Shown one piece after another: positions 1-8,151 of a stretch of 64,000 nucleotides of DNA. The notes beneath the pieces are model-generated. The model worked only from the letters and a program-made list of their open reading frames with translations, searched no databases and was not told the origin of the DNA. Both the position numbers and the translations under genes were made by a program. This stretch comes from an uncultured virus (IMG/VR IMGVR_UViG_3300028377_000003) (lineage: Duplodnaviria; Heunggongvirae; Uroviricota; Caudoviricetes), in IMG/VR virus record IMGVR_UViG_3300028377_000003, positions 1-64,000 of that record; one strand, given 5' to 3'. Positions within the stretch are counted from its first letter, which is position 1. The number at the start of each line of letters is the position of its first letter.

Positions 1-116
1 TAACACGCTCATCGCTAACACGCTCATCGCTAACACGCTCATCGCTAACACGCTCATCGCTAACACGCTCATCGCTAACACGCTCATCGCTAACACGCTC
101 ATCGCTAACACGCTCA
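1..116. repeat. 15-bp tandem repeat (TAACACGCTCATCGC)n, at least 7.7 copies, running off the window
   Basis: Perfect copies at 1-105 plus a partial copy to 116; on the minus strand it encodes (ERVSD)n in frame with the ORF starting at 358. Confidence 0.97.
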
Positions 117-358
117 CCGACCAGATTGAAAGCGTTGTAACCTAGCTTCTCACCGGTGACGACATGGAGGGCGTGACGTTTAGCATCGGCGGGGAGATAG
201 GTACGACATTTGCGGCATTTGCGGCAACGGGTAGCGGCGTGAGCGTTGTTATACATTTCGCCACAGGCGCATTCCCAAGCGTAACCGTCCTTGACGTTTT
301 CTTGCATGTACTCGGGAAGGTCAGCGAGTTGGGCTTCGGTGTAGTCGGCGTCGCTCAT
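1..358 (-). CDS. Hypothetical Cys-rich protein with C-terminal ERVSD repeats (3' end outside window)
   Basis: Own translation MSDADYTEAQLADLPEY...WECACGE...CRKCRKCR...GERVSDERVSD; GGAG RBS; promoter copy at 414-450; missing from ORF track because no stop lies in the window. Confidence 0.75.
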   Translation of the reverse strand, partial: MSDADYTEAQLADLPEYMQENVKDGYAWECACGEMYNNAHAATRCRKCRKCRTYLPADAKRHALHVVTGEKLGYNAFNLVGERVSDERVSDERVSDERVSDERVSDERVSDERVSDERV

Positions 359-413
359 TGTTTTAATCTCCGTGATCGGATAGTCGTGATCATGTGATCG
401 CCTGATCTCCTTG

Positions 414-450
414 CACTTACTTATACCCTAGTAACCGTACCCTGTCAAAA
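414..450 (-). promoter_or_regulatory. Conserved phage early-type promoter copy
   Basis: TTTTGAC-N18-TATAAG with CTAGGG before the -10. Confidence 0.8.
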
Positions 451-465
451 CTATTTAGACATGCG

Positions 466-1380
466 TCAGCGCGACATGTCTTTAGTGATCACACGTGCGA
501 TGGCGGATTTAGGTATATGGGTGTAAGTGAAGACAGCACCGTCCGTGGGGTAAGCAGTATCCTCGTGGAACTTGGTACCCGGACGTAGTTCTGTGAGGTC
601 GATCATGAAGATGGATACGTGGGGTGTGCGGGTAAGAGTAATGCCGCCCATGTTTTCGCCTTCGAAAGTAGGGACGAAATCTTTGAGGGCATGTGTCAAG
701 TCCTGTCGCTTTTTGAAAAGGTAAACACGGTCCGGGTAACTGAAAGGGTGCTTTGGATCGTCGCCCCCACCAGACGAACGAGGGGTAAGGCCCTTGCTCT
801 TGATGCTGGAGGCGTTGGCAGAGTCGGTCAGGTGGTAGAGGTAAGGCATACCCTCGTTGATCAGCTTGGCAGGGGTCCAGTGGTCCTTGGGGTAGAACGG
901 CTGGAACTCAATCCACAGGGCTTGGGTAAAGAAAGCGTCGGGAGCTATTTTGCTTTGCGAAACGTCGTGGACCTTGAAACGGCGTACCCAACTCTCCAGA
1001 TCGTAAAGGGCGACATAGTAGCCACGGGCTTTAGCGAATTTGTCGAGCCTACGTTGTAGGGATCCGTTGATCTTACTGAGGGTAGCTTTATCAAAAGCCC
1101 GCTGTTGTTTGTCGGCATGTCCCTCAATGACGTGTTTCTTGGGGTCTGGAACAGCGGTGTAGAGTACAGAGTTGCCCCGATCACGGATATCAAAGCTACT
1201 GAAGGTGAGGTCTGAGAATTCTTTTTGCAACGCGCCGGTGATAGCTTGGGGGTCGGTGCTTTGTGGGCGTTTAGCGACCCTCTGTGAAGCGCTGAGGTGG
1301 TCGAGGATAGGTCGAAGGTGTCCTTGAAGGTTAGGCTGGCGGGCACCCAGACGGATAAGCTGTTCTTTGATGTTGGACAT
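466..1380 (-). CDS. ADP-ribosyltransferase-fold (Tpt1/KptA/DarT-like) domain protein with N-terminal 'QLIRLG' peptide
   Basis: YLYHLT...SIKSKGLTP...RVYLF...IFMIDL...THIP pattern typical of the ART/Tpt1 fold; start placed at ATG 1380 (AGGTG RBS). Confidence 0.6.
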   Translation of the reverse strand: MSNIKEQLIRLGARQPNLQGHLRPILDHLSASQRVAKRPQSTDPQAITGALQKEFSDLTFSSFDIRDRGNSVLYTAVPDPKKHVIEGHADKQQRAFDKATLSKINGSLQRRLDKFAKARGYYVALYDLESWVRRFKVHDVSQSKIAPDAFFTQALWIEFQPFYPKDHWTPAKLINEGMPYLYHLTDSANASSIKSKGLTPRSSGGGDDPKHPFSYPDRVYLFKKRQDLTHALKDFVPTFEGENMGGITLTRTPHVSIFMIDLTELRPGTKFHEDTAYPTDGAVFTYTHIPKSAIARVITKDMSR

Positions 1381-1434
1381 AATACCGGCACCTGTAGAGT
1401 GTAGATTCAACAGGTACCGGTATTTACAAAAGGA

Positions 1435-2248
1435 TTAGGAAGCTCGCACTTCGAAAGACACGAAATCAATCTCACCGTTGCTGGGGTGGAACCAGCCTTG
1501 GGCGCTGAAGCTGCCCTCTACCTCGTGGGTCTGGTCGTCACCCTGCAAGATAAACAGCATGGGCATATGTGGGCTTTTCCGACCTCACTGTCACAGCGGG
1601 TTTCGATGTTGTCGGGATCCGCGCTGAATTCGATGAGCTTGTCCCGGCTCGTATAGCGGAAAGGGGAGCGGTAAGCGTCTTTATCGAACATAGCGTCCAC
1701 ATCCAAGACCTCATATGTCTTGGTTTCACCGGTTGCCGTATCTTCGAGGTGGAAAGTCACGGTCGAAGCAGGCGTCTTCGTTGACGTAGTACCCCGTGGG
1801 TTCGGACTGGAACGTAGCGTCTACGCCGGTAACGATCCACGTGCGATACTTGACGGGTTCGAAGTAATCGTTGCGGATATCGAGGATCTCACCCTCTTTG
1901 GTCTGACGCACCCAATCAACCTCGTTGCCTTGGAACCAATTGGCAATTGCAGCCTGTGCTTCGTTGGCGTTCCAGCCTTCACCGGCTTCGATAGCGCCCA
2001 AGAGTTCGGTATTCGGTAGCAGCCTCTTGGATAGCCTCTTGAAGGGTGCCGACGACCTCGGTGTAGTCTTCGAAGTCGGAGTTCATTACGTAGTGGTACA
2101 TGCGAATGCCCAGCCACTTGTTTTTCCACTCGGGATACCAATCATCCTCTGAGCCTTCCAGATAGGACTCCAGCATATCCCGGACTTCAACCGGTTCGCA
2201 GTCCTCTACTTTCGCTTGCGTATCGTAAATCGTGTCTTCCCAACCCAT
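1435..2248 (-). pseudogene. Hypothetical protein interrupted by three small insertions
   Basis: Removing the TTCGGTA duplication (2005-2018), one base near 1761 and an AT duplication near 1566 gives one frame: MGWEDT...EAATELLGAIE...FDVTFHLE...AHMPMLFILQG...FEVRAS*. Confidence 0.6.
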
Positions 2249-2298
2249 TGCATCCTCCGTCGTAAATTAAGTGGGGACCCGAAGGCCCCCGTTACCAA

Positions 2299-2337
2299 TA
2301 ACCTATACCCTAGCCTAGTCGTGCTGATCCGTCAAAA
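2299..2337 (-). promoter_or_regulatory. Promoter copy with a 5-nt CCTAG duplication lengthening the spacer
   Basis: taacctataccctagcctag...gtcaaaa; spacer is 23 nt instead of 18. Confidence 0.65.
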
Positions 2338-2365
2338 AAGCCCCGATCCACTTAGGGACCGGGGC
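2334..2365 (-). terminator. Intrinsic terminator
   Basis: GCCCCGGTCC/GGATCGGGGC stem followed by T6 on the minus strand, just after the stop of the 2374 ORF. Confidence 0.75.
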
Positions 2366-2373
2366 CGTCCTAC

Positions 2374-2769
2374 TCAGTTGGTGTAGGATTCCTCGACTTC
2401 CGGGTTGACCCGGACGTCGCCGTTACCCTTGTGCTTGTTCTTGCGGCACGTGCGGCACCACGACTGCATGTAGACTTTGCCGCGATACTTGCGAAGGCCG
2501 AAGTCCGACTTGATTTCGTCGACGCCCACAACCTCGTGGCTGCAATTCGGGCACTCGTGAACCACCGTCTCCCAAGGCTTCAGGCGGCCAACCATGCCCC
2601 GGTGTCCACCACGGGTGACGTGCGGGAACTCCGTTTGAAGGCGATCATACAACGTCGAGGCTTGCTTGTCCGTGAAGCTCGGGTTGGCGTGTACCCAACA
2701 TATGAAGTCTTTTCGCAGGCTGACGTCGTTGTTGGCTTTGCGATCGTTGGCTTTAGTCGACTTGTTCAT
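2374..2769 (-). CDS. RGGHR-family Zn-finger protein, paralog A
   Basis: RKDFI...LYD...RGGHR...CPNC...FGLRK...QSWCRTCR; start at ATG 2769 with GGAG RBS. Confidence 0.8.
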   Translation of the reverse strand: MNKSTKANDRKANNDVSLRKDFICWVHANPSFTDKQASTLYDRLQTEFPHVTRGGHRGMVGRLKPWETVVHECPNCSHEVVGVDEIKSDFGLRKYRGKVYMQSWCRTCRKNKHKGNGDVRVNPEVEESYTN

Positions 2770-2831
2770 TTGAAGCTCCTTTCGTCTATCGTATTTGGTG
2801 TGTCGTCTCGGGGCGACCATCGCCCCCTCTA

Positions 2832-2868
2832 CACTAACCTATACCCTAGTGATCTAACTCCGTCAAAA
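2832..2868 (-). promoter_or_regulatory. Conserved promoter copy
   Basis: TTTTGAC-N12-CTAGGGTATAGGTTAGTG. Confidence 0.85.
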
Positions 2869-2945
2869 CTTTCTGAGAAAAAGATCAAAAACTTTTCAAG
2901 TCGACCTGTGAGGCGCCTCCAAGGGGGTTTGGAGGCACCCTTTTG

Positions 2946-3313
2946 TTACTGGATCTTGTCGAGGCTCTTGATAGCATCGCTGGTGTGGGGGTAAACCAGA
3001 CCCGACCGTGCCCCGGCACCGGCTTCGATAGCCTTGGCAATGTCACGCAAGGCGTCCCGAAGGTGCAGGGTATTCATCTGTTGCTCACCGGGTGCCAACT
3101 GAAGGTCGTAGTCATCCGGTACGCTGAATGTGACGCCACCCGCAACCACTTCACGGTTCGTATCGAAAACACACGGCTTATCTTTGACCTCTGTGACCGT
3201 GAAGGGGGTATCCTCTTCGAGTTCGCGCCGTTGGGAGCCGTTGTCATAAACGACACAACCCGCTGGCATGGCAAGACGATTGTGATTCCGGGGGTGAGTT
3301 CTTCGACTTTCAT
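2946..3313 (-). pseudogene. Hypothetical protein frameshifted by a 5-nt duplication
   Basis: TGCCA x2 at 3264-3273; removing one copy joins MKVEELTPGITIVLP to AGCVVYDNG...SLDKIQ*. Confidence 0.7.
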
Positions 3314-3342
3314 AGCAATACCTCCCTTCGTAAGGGTAATTA

Positions 3343-3549
3343 TTACAGGCGCTTGATTTTGATGTGAACAACCGGGGCATCCAGCCGCCCATCGTCACGG
3401 ATGGTGGAGGTTTCCCACCGGACACCCGTGACCTCGTGGGGGTAGCCGTCAATAGCGAGGGTCTGCCCTTCTTGGGGGACACTAGACCAGTGGCCTTCGT
3501 AATACTCCGCCCGGTCCGGCTCTTCGAACTTGATATGCGTGGTGCTCAT
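3343..3549 (-). CDS. Hypothetical protein
   Basis: 68-aa ORF with RBS, co-oriented in the cassette. Confidence 0.6.
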   Translation of the reverse strand: MSTTHIKFEEPDRAEYYEGHWSSVPQEGQTLAIDGYPHEVTGVRWETSTIRDDGRLDAPVVHIKIKRL

Positions 3550-3561
3550 AGCGTTACCTTC

Positions 3562-4020
3562 CTAGTTACGGTCGATGGTGTAGGGTTCCAACACTTCAGC
3601 CAGCTTGCGTACAGTTGCTTGGATGCTCTTGCGCTTGGCGCGGTATGCGAATTCGATCTGTGCATCCGTCGCTTCATAGTCGAATTCCAGCGGGTCGATA
3701 TCAACATCGGCGTCCGTACCTTCAAGGCGTTCCCACGTGGACAGTAGAATGTCCACAGGGGCCTCCACATACGTCTTACCGTACTCGCAGACCTCTTCGG
3801 GGATACCAGCACCCTCACAGTACAAAGCGTTCGCCCAATAGATGTGGTCGATCTGAGCCTCCGTGAGGTTGCGTACCCTCACAGATTCACCACGTTTCCA
3901 CTTCTTGACGAGGTTGGCCCGCATCGCTTCGACTTTGGCCTCGCTATCCCAATAGCAACGCCACTCTACCCCTGCCGGGCTAGTGCCGATGTATGTGCCT
4001 TTTTCTAATCGCGTTGCCAT
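3562..4020 (-). CDS. Hypothetical protein
   Basis: 152-aa ORF, GGAG RBS, promoter at 4052-4088. Confidence 0.8.
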   Translation of the reverse strand: MATRLEKGTYIGTSPAGVEWRCYWDSEAKVEAMRANLVKKWKRGESVRVRNLTEAQIDHIYWANALYCEGAGIPEEVCEYGKTYVEAPVDILLSTWERLEGTDADVDIDPLEFDYEATDAQIEFAYRAKRKSIQATVRKLAEVLEPYTIDRN

Positions 4021-4051
4021 GTCGTCGTCGTCTCCGTGTTCGGTTCGGGTT

Positions 4052-4088
4052 CACTAGTATATACCCTAATGATCCCGGTCCGTCAAAA
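4052..4088 (-). promoter_or_regulatory. Conserved promoter copy
   Basis: TTTTGAC-N18-TATATA, then CTAGTGAA. Confidence 0.75.
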
Positions 4089-4454
4089 GGAATTTGTGTC
4101 ATAGGTAGGCAGTGCCCTGTTCAGCCAGCAATGTCTTAGAAGGTAGAGAGTTGACTGGGGACCCGACTGGGACCCTAAACCCTTGGCAAAGCATCGGAGT
4201 TCTAGGGTTAAGTGCATTCTGTAGACAGCCCCCGTTGCGTGACGCCGTGAAATATGATATGGGGGCCTGGGGGCCTGAGGGCCTGAGGGCCTGTGATCAC
4301 GTGAATTCTTGTATCTGGCCGTGAATTGTGAGCACAAAAGGGGTGGGTGCGTGAAAAACCGTTCCAAGAAATAGGTCCGCCCCCTTGGACCCGTGCTAAG
4401 GGGTAAGCATCCAAGGGGGCGGCCTGTCATTATATCTTTTAGGTGTAGTTACAT

Positions 4455-4600
4455 ATACTGCTTGTCGTTTTAGAACGCCGTATCTCTAGCAATTCGATGG
4501 GGTCGTGACCCTCGGAAGGGGTGCCCATCGGGCCTACCGTATCATGTGACGCTAGGGGGATGCGGAACAAGTAAGCTACCCGTCAGATAGGCCAGCATGT
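4455..4600 (+). ncRNA. Candidate structured (pseudoknotted) non-coding RNA
   Basis: Nested stems 4459-65/4567-73, 4478-90/4551-65 and 4495-4501/4524-30, plus crossing pairs 4531-36/4588-93 and 4547-51/4581-85; G-U pairs favour the + strand; no credible ORF. Confidence 0.4.
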
Positions 4601-4688
4601 GTAGTAGAATCAACATAGGTCGTATCGTATTCGTTTCGTAGTGACTAAGCAAGGGGTGGGGGCCGAAGCCCCCTAGCACCCGTCTGGC

Positions 4689-5072
4689 TTAGTTGGTGAA
4701 CGCTGCCTCGACGTCGGTCGGGTTGATGCGGGTGTGCTTGACACCGTTGCGCTTGTTACGGCGGCAACACTTGCACCAGCTTTGGACGTAAATCTTGCCA
4801 CGGTACTTACGCAGGCCGAAGTCGTGCTTGACGGCTTCGATACCGTGGACCGTCTTGTCGCACTTGGGGCACTGGTGCTCGATGTTTTCCCAAGGCTGCA
4901 TCCGACCGACCATGCCCCGGTGTCCACCACGGGTCATGTTCGGGAACTGACGCTCCATGCGGTCGTACAGCGCCGACGCTTGCTCTTGGGTGAACTCCGG
5001 GTTCGCGTGAACCCAGCAACGGATGAAATCTTTTCGGGTCGAAAGGTCGTTAGCTTTGGTCGCGGTCGTCAT
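4689..5072 (-). CDS. RGGHR-family Zn-finger protein, paralog B
   Basis: Aligns by eye along its length with paralog A; AAGGAG RBS; ATG at 5072. Confidence 0.85.
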   Translation of the reverse strand: MTTATKANDLSTRKDFIRCWVHANPEFTQEQASALYDRMERQFPNMTRGGHRGMVGRMQPWENIEHQCPKCDKTVHGIEAVKHDFGLRKYRGKIYVQSWCKCCRRNKRNGVKHTRINPTDVEAAFTN

Positions 5073-5132
5073 GGTCAATCTCCTTGATCGTCGTAGTAAG
5101 TTCGTCGTCTCTAGGGGATCCAATGTCCCCAT

Positions 5133-5172
5133 CTTCACTAACCTATACCCTAACCTTGGGAACCCGTCAAAA
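5133..5172 (-). promoter_or_regulatory. Conserved promoter copy followed by a GGGGAC/TCCCC leader hairpin
   Basis: TTTTGAC...TTAGGGTATAGGTTAGTGAAG; leader nearly identical to that at 5500-5564. Confidence 0.85.
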
Positions 5173-5233
5173 CTTTCTTCAAAAAGATTTCGACACGCTA
5201 CGTTAGGGTACCGTAGGACCCGACTAACAAAAG

Positions 5234-5479
5234 CTAAAGATCGCGTAGCGCAGTTCCGGCGCATCGTTTCATTTGCAGACTGTCGAGCATATCAATCTCA
5301 GAGTCCGTCATTTCGACACGATCTCCAGCTTCAAATGCGCATGGGAGGCGGTCAGAGTACGCACCGCCTGTCAACCCTAGCCCATCCTTAATAGCACACT
5401 TGTACGCAGTTCGGACGGAAGTGTGTCGATGTGTGCAAGCCCCACGAACATTTCCAACAGCTTTGTAATAGCGTTTCAT
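5234..5479 (-). CDS. Hypothetical protein
   Basis: MKRYYKAVG... lies downstream of promoter 5525-5564. Confidence 0.65.
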   Translation of the reverse strand: MKRYYKAVGNVRGACTHRHTSVRTAYKCAIKDGLGLTGGAYSDRLPCAFEAGDRVEMTDSEIDMLDSLQMKRCAGTALRDL

Positions 5480-5524
5480 ATCAGTCCCTAAGTTGAAAGT
5501 CTCTAGGGGATACAATGTCCCCAT

Positions 5525-5564
5525 CTTCACTAACCTATACCCTAGTGGTGGGAACCCGTCAAAA
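5525..5564 (-). promoter_or_regulatory. Conserved promoter copy
   Basis: TTTTGAC-N12-CTAGGGTATAGGTTAGTGAAG. Confidence 0.85.
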
Positions 5565-5568
5565 CTAT

Positions 5569-5736
5569 TTAGTAAATCTCTTCGGTAGCGTGTTTCAACA
5601 GGGCATAGACTTTCTTGGTAGCCACTCTGACGGGGATACCCGCATCAATCATGGTATTCAGGAGGTCTTCAGCCTTATCACATGAACAGTTCAGATCCTC
5701 ATAGATCGCGTTCATAGTCTTTTTGAGGGTTTTCAT
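5569..5736 (-). CDS. Small hypothetical protein (55 aa)
   Basis: MKTLKKTMNAIYEDLNC...EEIY*; GGAGG RBS; below the ORF-track length cutoff. Confidence 0.65.
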   Translation of the reverse strand: MKTLKKTMNAIYEDLNCSCDKAEDLLNTMIDAGIPVRVATKKVYALLKHATEEIY

Positions 5737-5779
5737 AGCTGCCTCCGTAGGGGGCGGGGGCCGAAGCCCCCTAGCCGCT

Positions 5780-6073
5780 TCACATATTGCGAAGCATTTC
5801 TTCGACGTCCGAAAGTGTCCACTCGTCGCGCTTCAGGGTCGGGCGAAAGCCTTTGTCACTCTTGTAGCAATCGCTGTACGATTGCAGCGCCATTTCGAAC
5901 TCGTACTCATAGACGTTTTCGAACCGATCTGCGATGCCTTCGCTGGTCGTGAAACAGCACTGCCAACCTTCCGCCTTAGCGCGGGCCTTGCGCTGGGCAT
6001 TCTCTTCACGAATGTGCGAAAGCACGTCCGTGTCGTTTTGCATGGCGATTTCTTTTTCAGTCAGCGTCGTCAT
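5780..6073 (-). CDS. Hypothetical protein
   Basis: 97 aa, RBS, promoter at 6118-6157. Confidence 0.75.
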   Translation of the reverse strand: MTTLTEKEIAMQNDTDVLSHIREENAQRKARAKAEGWQCCFTTSEGIADRFENVYEYEFEMALQSYSDCYKSDKGFRPTLKRDEWTLSDVEEMLRNM

Positions 6074-6117
6074 CGTGATCTCCGTTTAGGCTCTGGCGTC
6101 GGGCCAATCCCTCCCGC

Positions 6118-6157
6118 CTTCACTAATTTATACCCTAGTGGTCGGGATCCGTCAAAA
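6118..6157 (-). promoter_or_regulatory. Conserved promoter copy
   Basis: TTTTGAC-N12-CTAGGGTATAAATTAGTGAAG. Confidence 0.85.
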
Positions 6158-6163
6158 GAAACT

Positions 6164-6475
6164 TTAGAAACTCAGGTACAGGCCGGTGTTCTTTTCGAAT
6201 GTGTCGACCAACTGGTCAGCGTAAACGTCGTTTGCTTCCGCTTTGACCTTAACGCTGGTGCCGTGGATCTTGATGAACTCCAGATCGTACAGGTCTTTAC
6301 CGTTCAGGCGGATACGCACATAGTTGATCTTGCGGTTGCCACTAAACTTAAACGTCACACCACCACCCGGCAGCATCAGGTAATCACGCCCCTTTACAAA
6401 GGCGCTCAGGCGGCGCTGCCCACCAAGCTGGCTCAAGATCGTTTCGGCAATTTGCTTTTCAGTCGCTTTGTCCAT
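6164..6475 (-). CDS. Hypothetical phage protein
   Basis: 103 aa (ILSQLGG...DLYDLEF...TGLY), promoter upstream. Confidence 0.8.
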   Translation of the reverse strand: MDKATEKQIAETILSQLGGQRRLSAFVKGRDYLMLPGGGVTFKFSGNRKINYVRIRLNGKDLYDLEFIKIHGTSVKVKAEANDVYADQLVDTFEKNTGLYLSF

Positions 6476-6517
6476 TGTCCCTGTCTCCGTCTAGCTTTGA
6501 GTTAGTCTCCGTCCTTC

Positions 6518-6554
6518 CACTAACCTATACCCTAGTGATCTCCGCCTGTCAAAA
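6518..6554 (-). promoter_or_regulatory. Conserved promoter copy
   Basis: TTTTGAC-N12-CTAGGGTATAGGTTAGTG. Confidence 0.85.
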
Positions 6555-6572
6555 TTATTTAGTCCAAAGGGG

Positions 6573-6779
6573 CTATTTCTTTCGACCTTCTTCGAAGTAC
6601 CAATCGGTATGGAGCTTGTTCAACTCCGACGATTTCTTTTTGCACGCATCCTCATCAGAGAGTAGGTAGCAGTATCCTGTATCAGCACCAAACACCCCGT
6701 AATCGCTGTACCCCTCGTCAAACTCCACATAGAAACCTACCTTGCGATCCTTTTCCAGTGCTTCAGTCATGGTCGTCAT
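6573..6779 (-). CDS. Hypothetical protein
   Basis: 68 aa, GGAGG RBS, promoter at 6826-6862. Confidence 0.7.
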   Translation of the reverse strand: MTTMTEALEKDRKVGFYVEFDEGYSDYGVFGADTGYCYLLSDEDACKKKSSELNKLHTDWYFEEGRKK

Positions 6780-6825
6780 TGCTGCCTCCTCGCTGTGTCC
6801 GGGAAAGCCAACCCTTCCCGTCTTA

Positions 6826-6862
6826 CACTACCTTATACCCTAGCGATCACCATCCGTCAAAA
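6826..6862 (-). promoter_or_regulatory. Conserved promoter copy
   Basis: TTTTGAC-N12-CTAGGGTATAAGGTAGTG. Confidence 0.85.
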
Positions 6863-6866
6863 GTAT

Positions 6867-7100
6867 TTAGTCACTCTCACCAATGCGGCCTAGCATGTTC
6901 CCGTCTATCACCACTGACGACAGTACCTCCGCTTGGTCCGACCATGATGCGGTACTAGGGTCTACCAGCACCAACTGTACCTCTACGTGGCCCTCAGTGC
7001 CGTTCATGCCCCAAGAGTCCCCCTCTTCCACCCTCAACTGTAGGCGCTCACGTATGACCTCTAGTACACGTGCCTCTATGTCTTGCGATGCATCAGCCAT
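6867..7100 (-). CDS. Hypothetical protein
   Basis: 77-aa ORF with GGAG RBS. Confidence 0.6.
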   Translation of the reverse strand: MADASQDIEARVLEVIRERLQLRVEEGDSWGMNGTEGHVEVQLVLVDPSTASWSDQAEVLSSVVIDGNMLGRIGESD

Positions 7101-7110
7101 TGCTTGTCTC

Positions 7111-7533
7111 CTAGACGTTTGTGCGCCGTCCCTTTGCCTTCAACCAAATCTTGTTGTCTTCGAAGCGCACCAGACCTTTCCTAGCCAGATCCCTGTAGAT
7201 TTTCCCCACAAGGGAGGCAGTCGACCCTACACGGTCTCCCAACTCTTGGCAGGTCTGTCCCGTGTTCTTTTGCAGGGCACGCAGTACGGCAGCCTGTTTG
7301 TCTGTCAGGTCCGGGTCCAGTTCATCTTGCATCTCACGCAGCTTGGCAGCCGCTGCCTCCAGACGTTCAGCCATGTCCCCAAGCTGGTCAGCTTCCGGTG
7401 GATACATGGAGGCCAACATCCCTCCTACCTCTTCATCCAAGGAACCGTACATGCCGTTGGCAGTCTTGAGCACATCACGCAAGCGGTCGTCGATCTTGTT
7501 GTGGTCGTCCGGGTCAATCGTAGAGAAACTCAT
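7111..7533 (-). CDS. Protein with C-terminal winged helix-turn-helix
   Basis: LTDKQAAVLRAL...TCQELGDRVGSTASLVGKIYRDLARKGLV resembles a MarR-type wHTH. Confidence 0.7.
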   Translation of the reverse strand: MSFSTIDPDDHNKIDDRLRDVLKTANGMYGSLDEEVGGMLASMYPPEADQLGDMAERLEAAAAKLREMQDELDPDLTDKQAAVLRALQKNTGQTCQELGDRVGSTASLVGKIYRDLARKGLVRFEDNKIWLKAKGRRTNV

Positions 7534-7587
7534 GGTCCTAGTCTCCGTAGCTATGGGGGCAGGGGGTAGGCCCTCACCCCTAGTAGA

Positions 7588-7700
7588 TTAGTTTTTCGGC
7601 GCACGACATTTCTTGCACATGGTCTGCACGAACTCCGTGCCGTTGAGCTTGCGGGTGCCGAACACATGTCTCCGGGCGCTTGGCCCATTTACCACACATG
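7588..7700 (-). pseudogene. Truncated remnant of an RGGHR-family gene
   Basis: Only the C-terminal FGTRK...VQTMCKKCR remains; it has the same 21-nt leader and its own promoter. Confidence 0.55.
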
Positions 7701-7779
7701 TGTCGTTTGTTGTCCGCGTTCTCGATCGTCGTAGTAAGTTCGTCGTCTCCTTGCTCGTGTTGGGGATCATCTCCATCGT

Positions 7780-7816
7780 CACTATCTTATACCCTAGTGT
7801 CCCTCACCTGTCAAAA
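7780..7816 (-). promoter_or_regulatory. Conserved promoter copy
   Basis: TTTTGAC-N12-CTAGGGTATAAGATAGTG. Confidence 0.8.
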
Positions 7817-7921
7817 AGAATTTGTGTGATCGGTGAGGCCCTGCGAAAATCTGTGATCTGGGTCTCGGAGATCAGGCGATCACATGATCACAGAAAAAGT
7901 TGGGGGTGGGGGGGTGCGAAG

Positions 7922-8014
7922 AAACCGCTTGCTTAACTCGCCGGGGTCCCTGAAAAATCCAAAAAAGGCGAATTAGGTCTGCAGTAAAAATGTGGCTGAA
8001 AAAGGGTCAAAAAT
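7922..8014. repeat. About 90-bp A-tract-rich element, copy 1 (copy 2 at 35259-35350)
   Basis: Shared AAACCGCTTGCTTAACT...AAAAAA..CGAATT.GGTCTGCA..AAAAAT.TGGCTGA...TCAAAA. Confidence 0.75.
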
Positions 8015-8151
8015 CCCAGAGAATGCCGCAGCCCCCTATAATCCGTTTGTTTCGCGGGTCCAATACAACTAATCAACAAAATTTATCCCCACAATCCCAT
8101 ACCCACGACCCTCCGCTATGTATTTATGACCCCGAACACATAGGAGACGGT

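Noticed and set aside
1..116. CRISPR array
   Set aside because: The units are head-to-tail with no spacers, and no cas genes are present.
4262..4293. GGGCCTGN x4 as replication iterons
   Set aside because: Only 8-bp units, with no adjacent AT-rich unwinding region or rep gene; support is insufficient.
414..7816. Recurring CACTAACCTATACCCTAG...GTCAAAA as CRISPR repeats or attC sites
   Set aside because: Spacing is gene-sized and irregular. The motif has -35/-10 geometry, always faces a downstream RBS and ATG, and is not palindromic.
7990..8151. Upstream GTG start for the terminase-like ORF
   Set aside because: It lies in the non-coding repeat element; a strong AGGAG RBS precedes ATG 8152.
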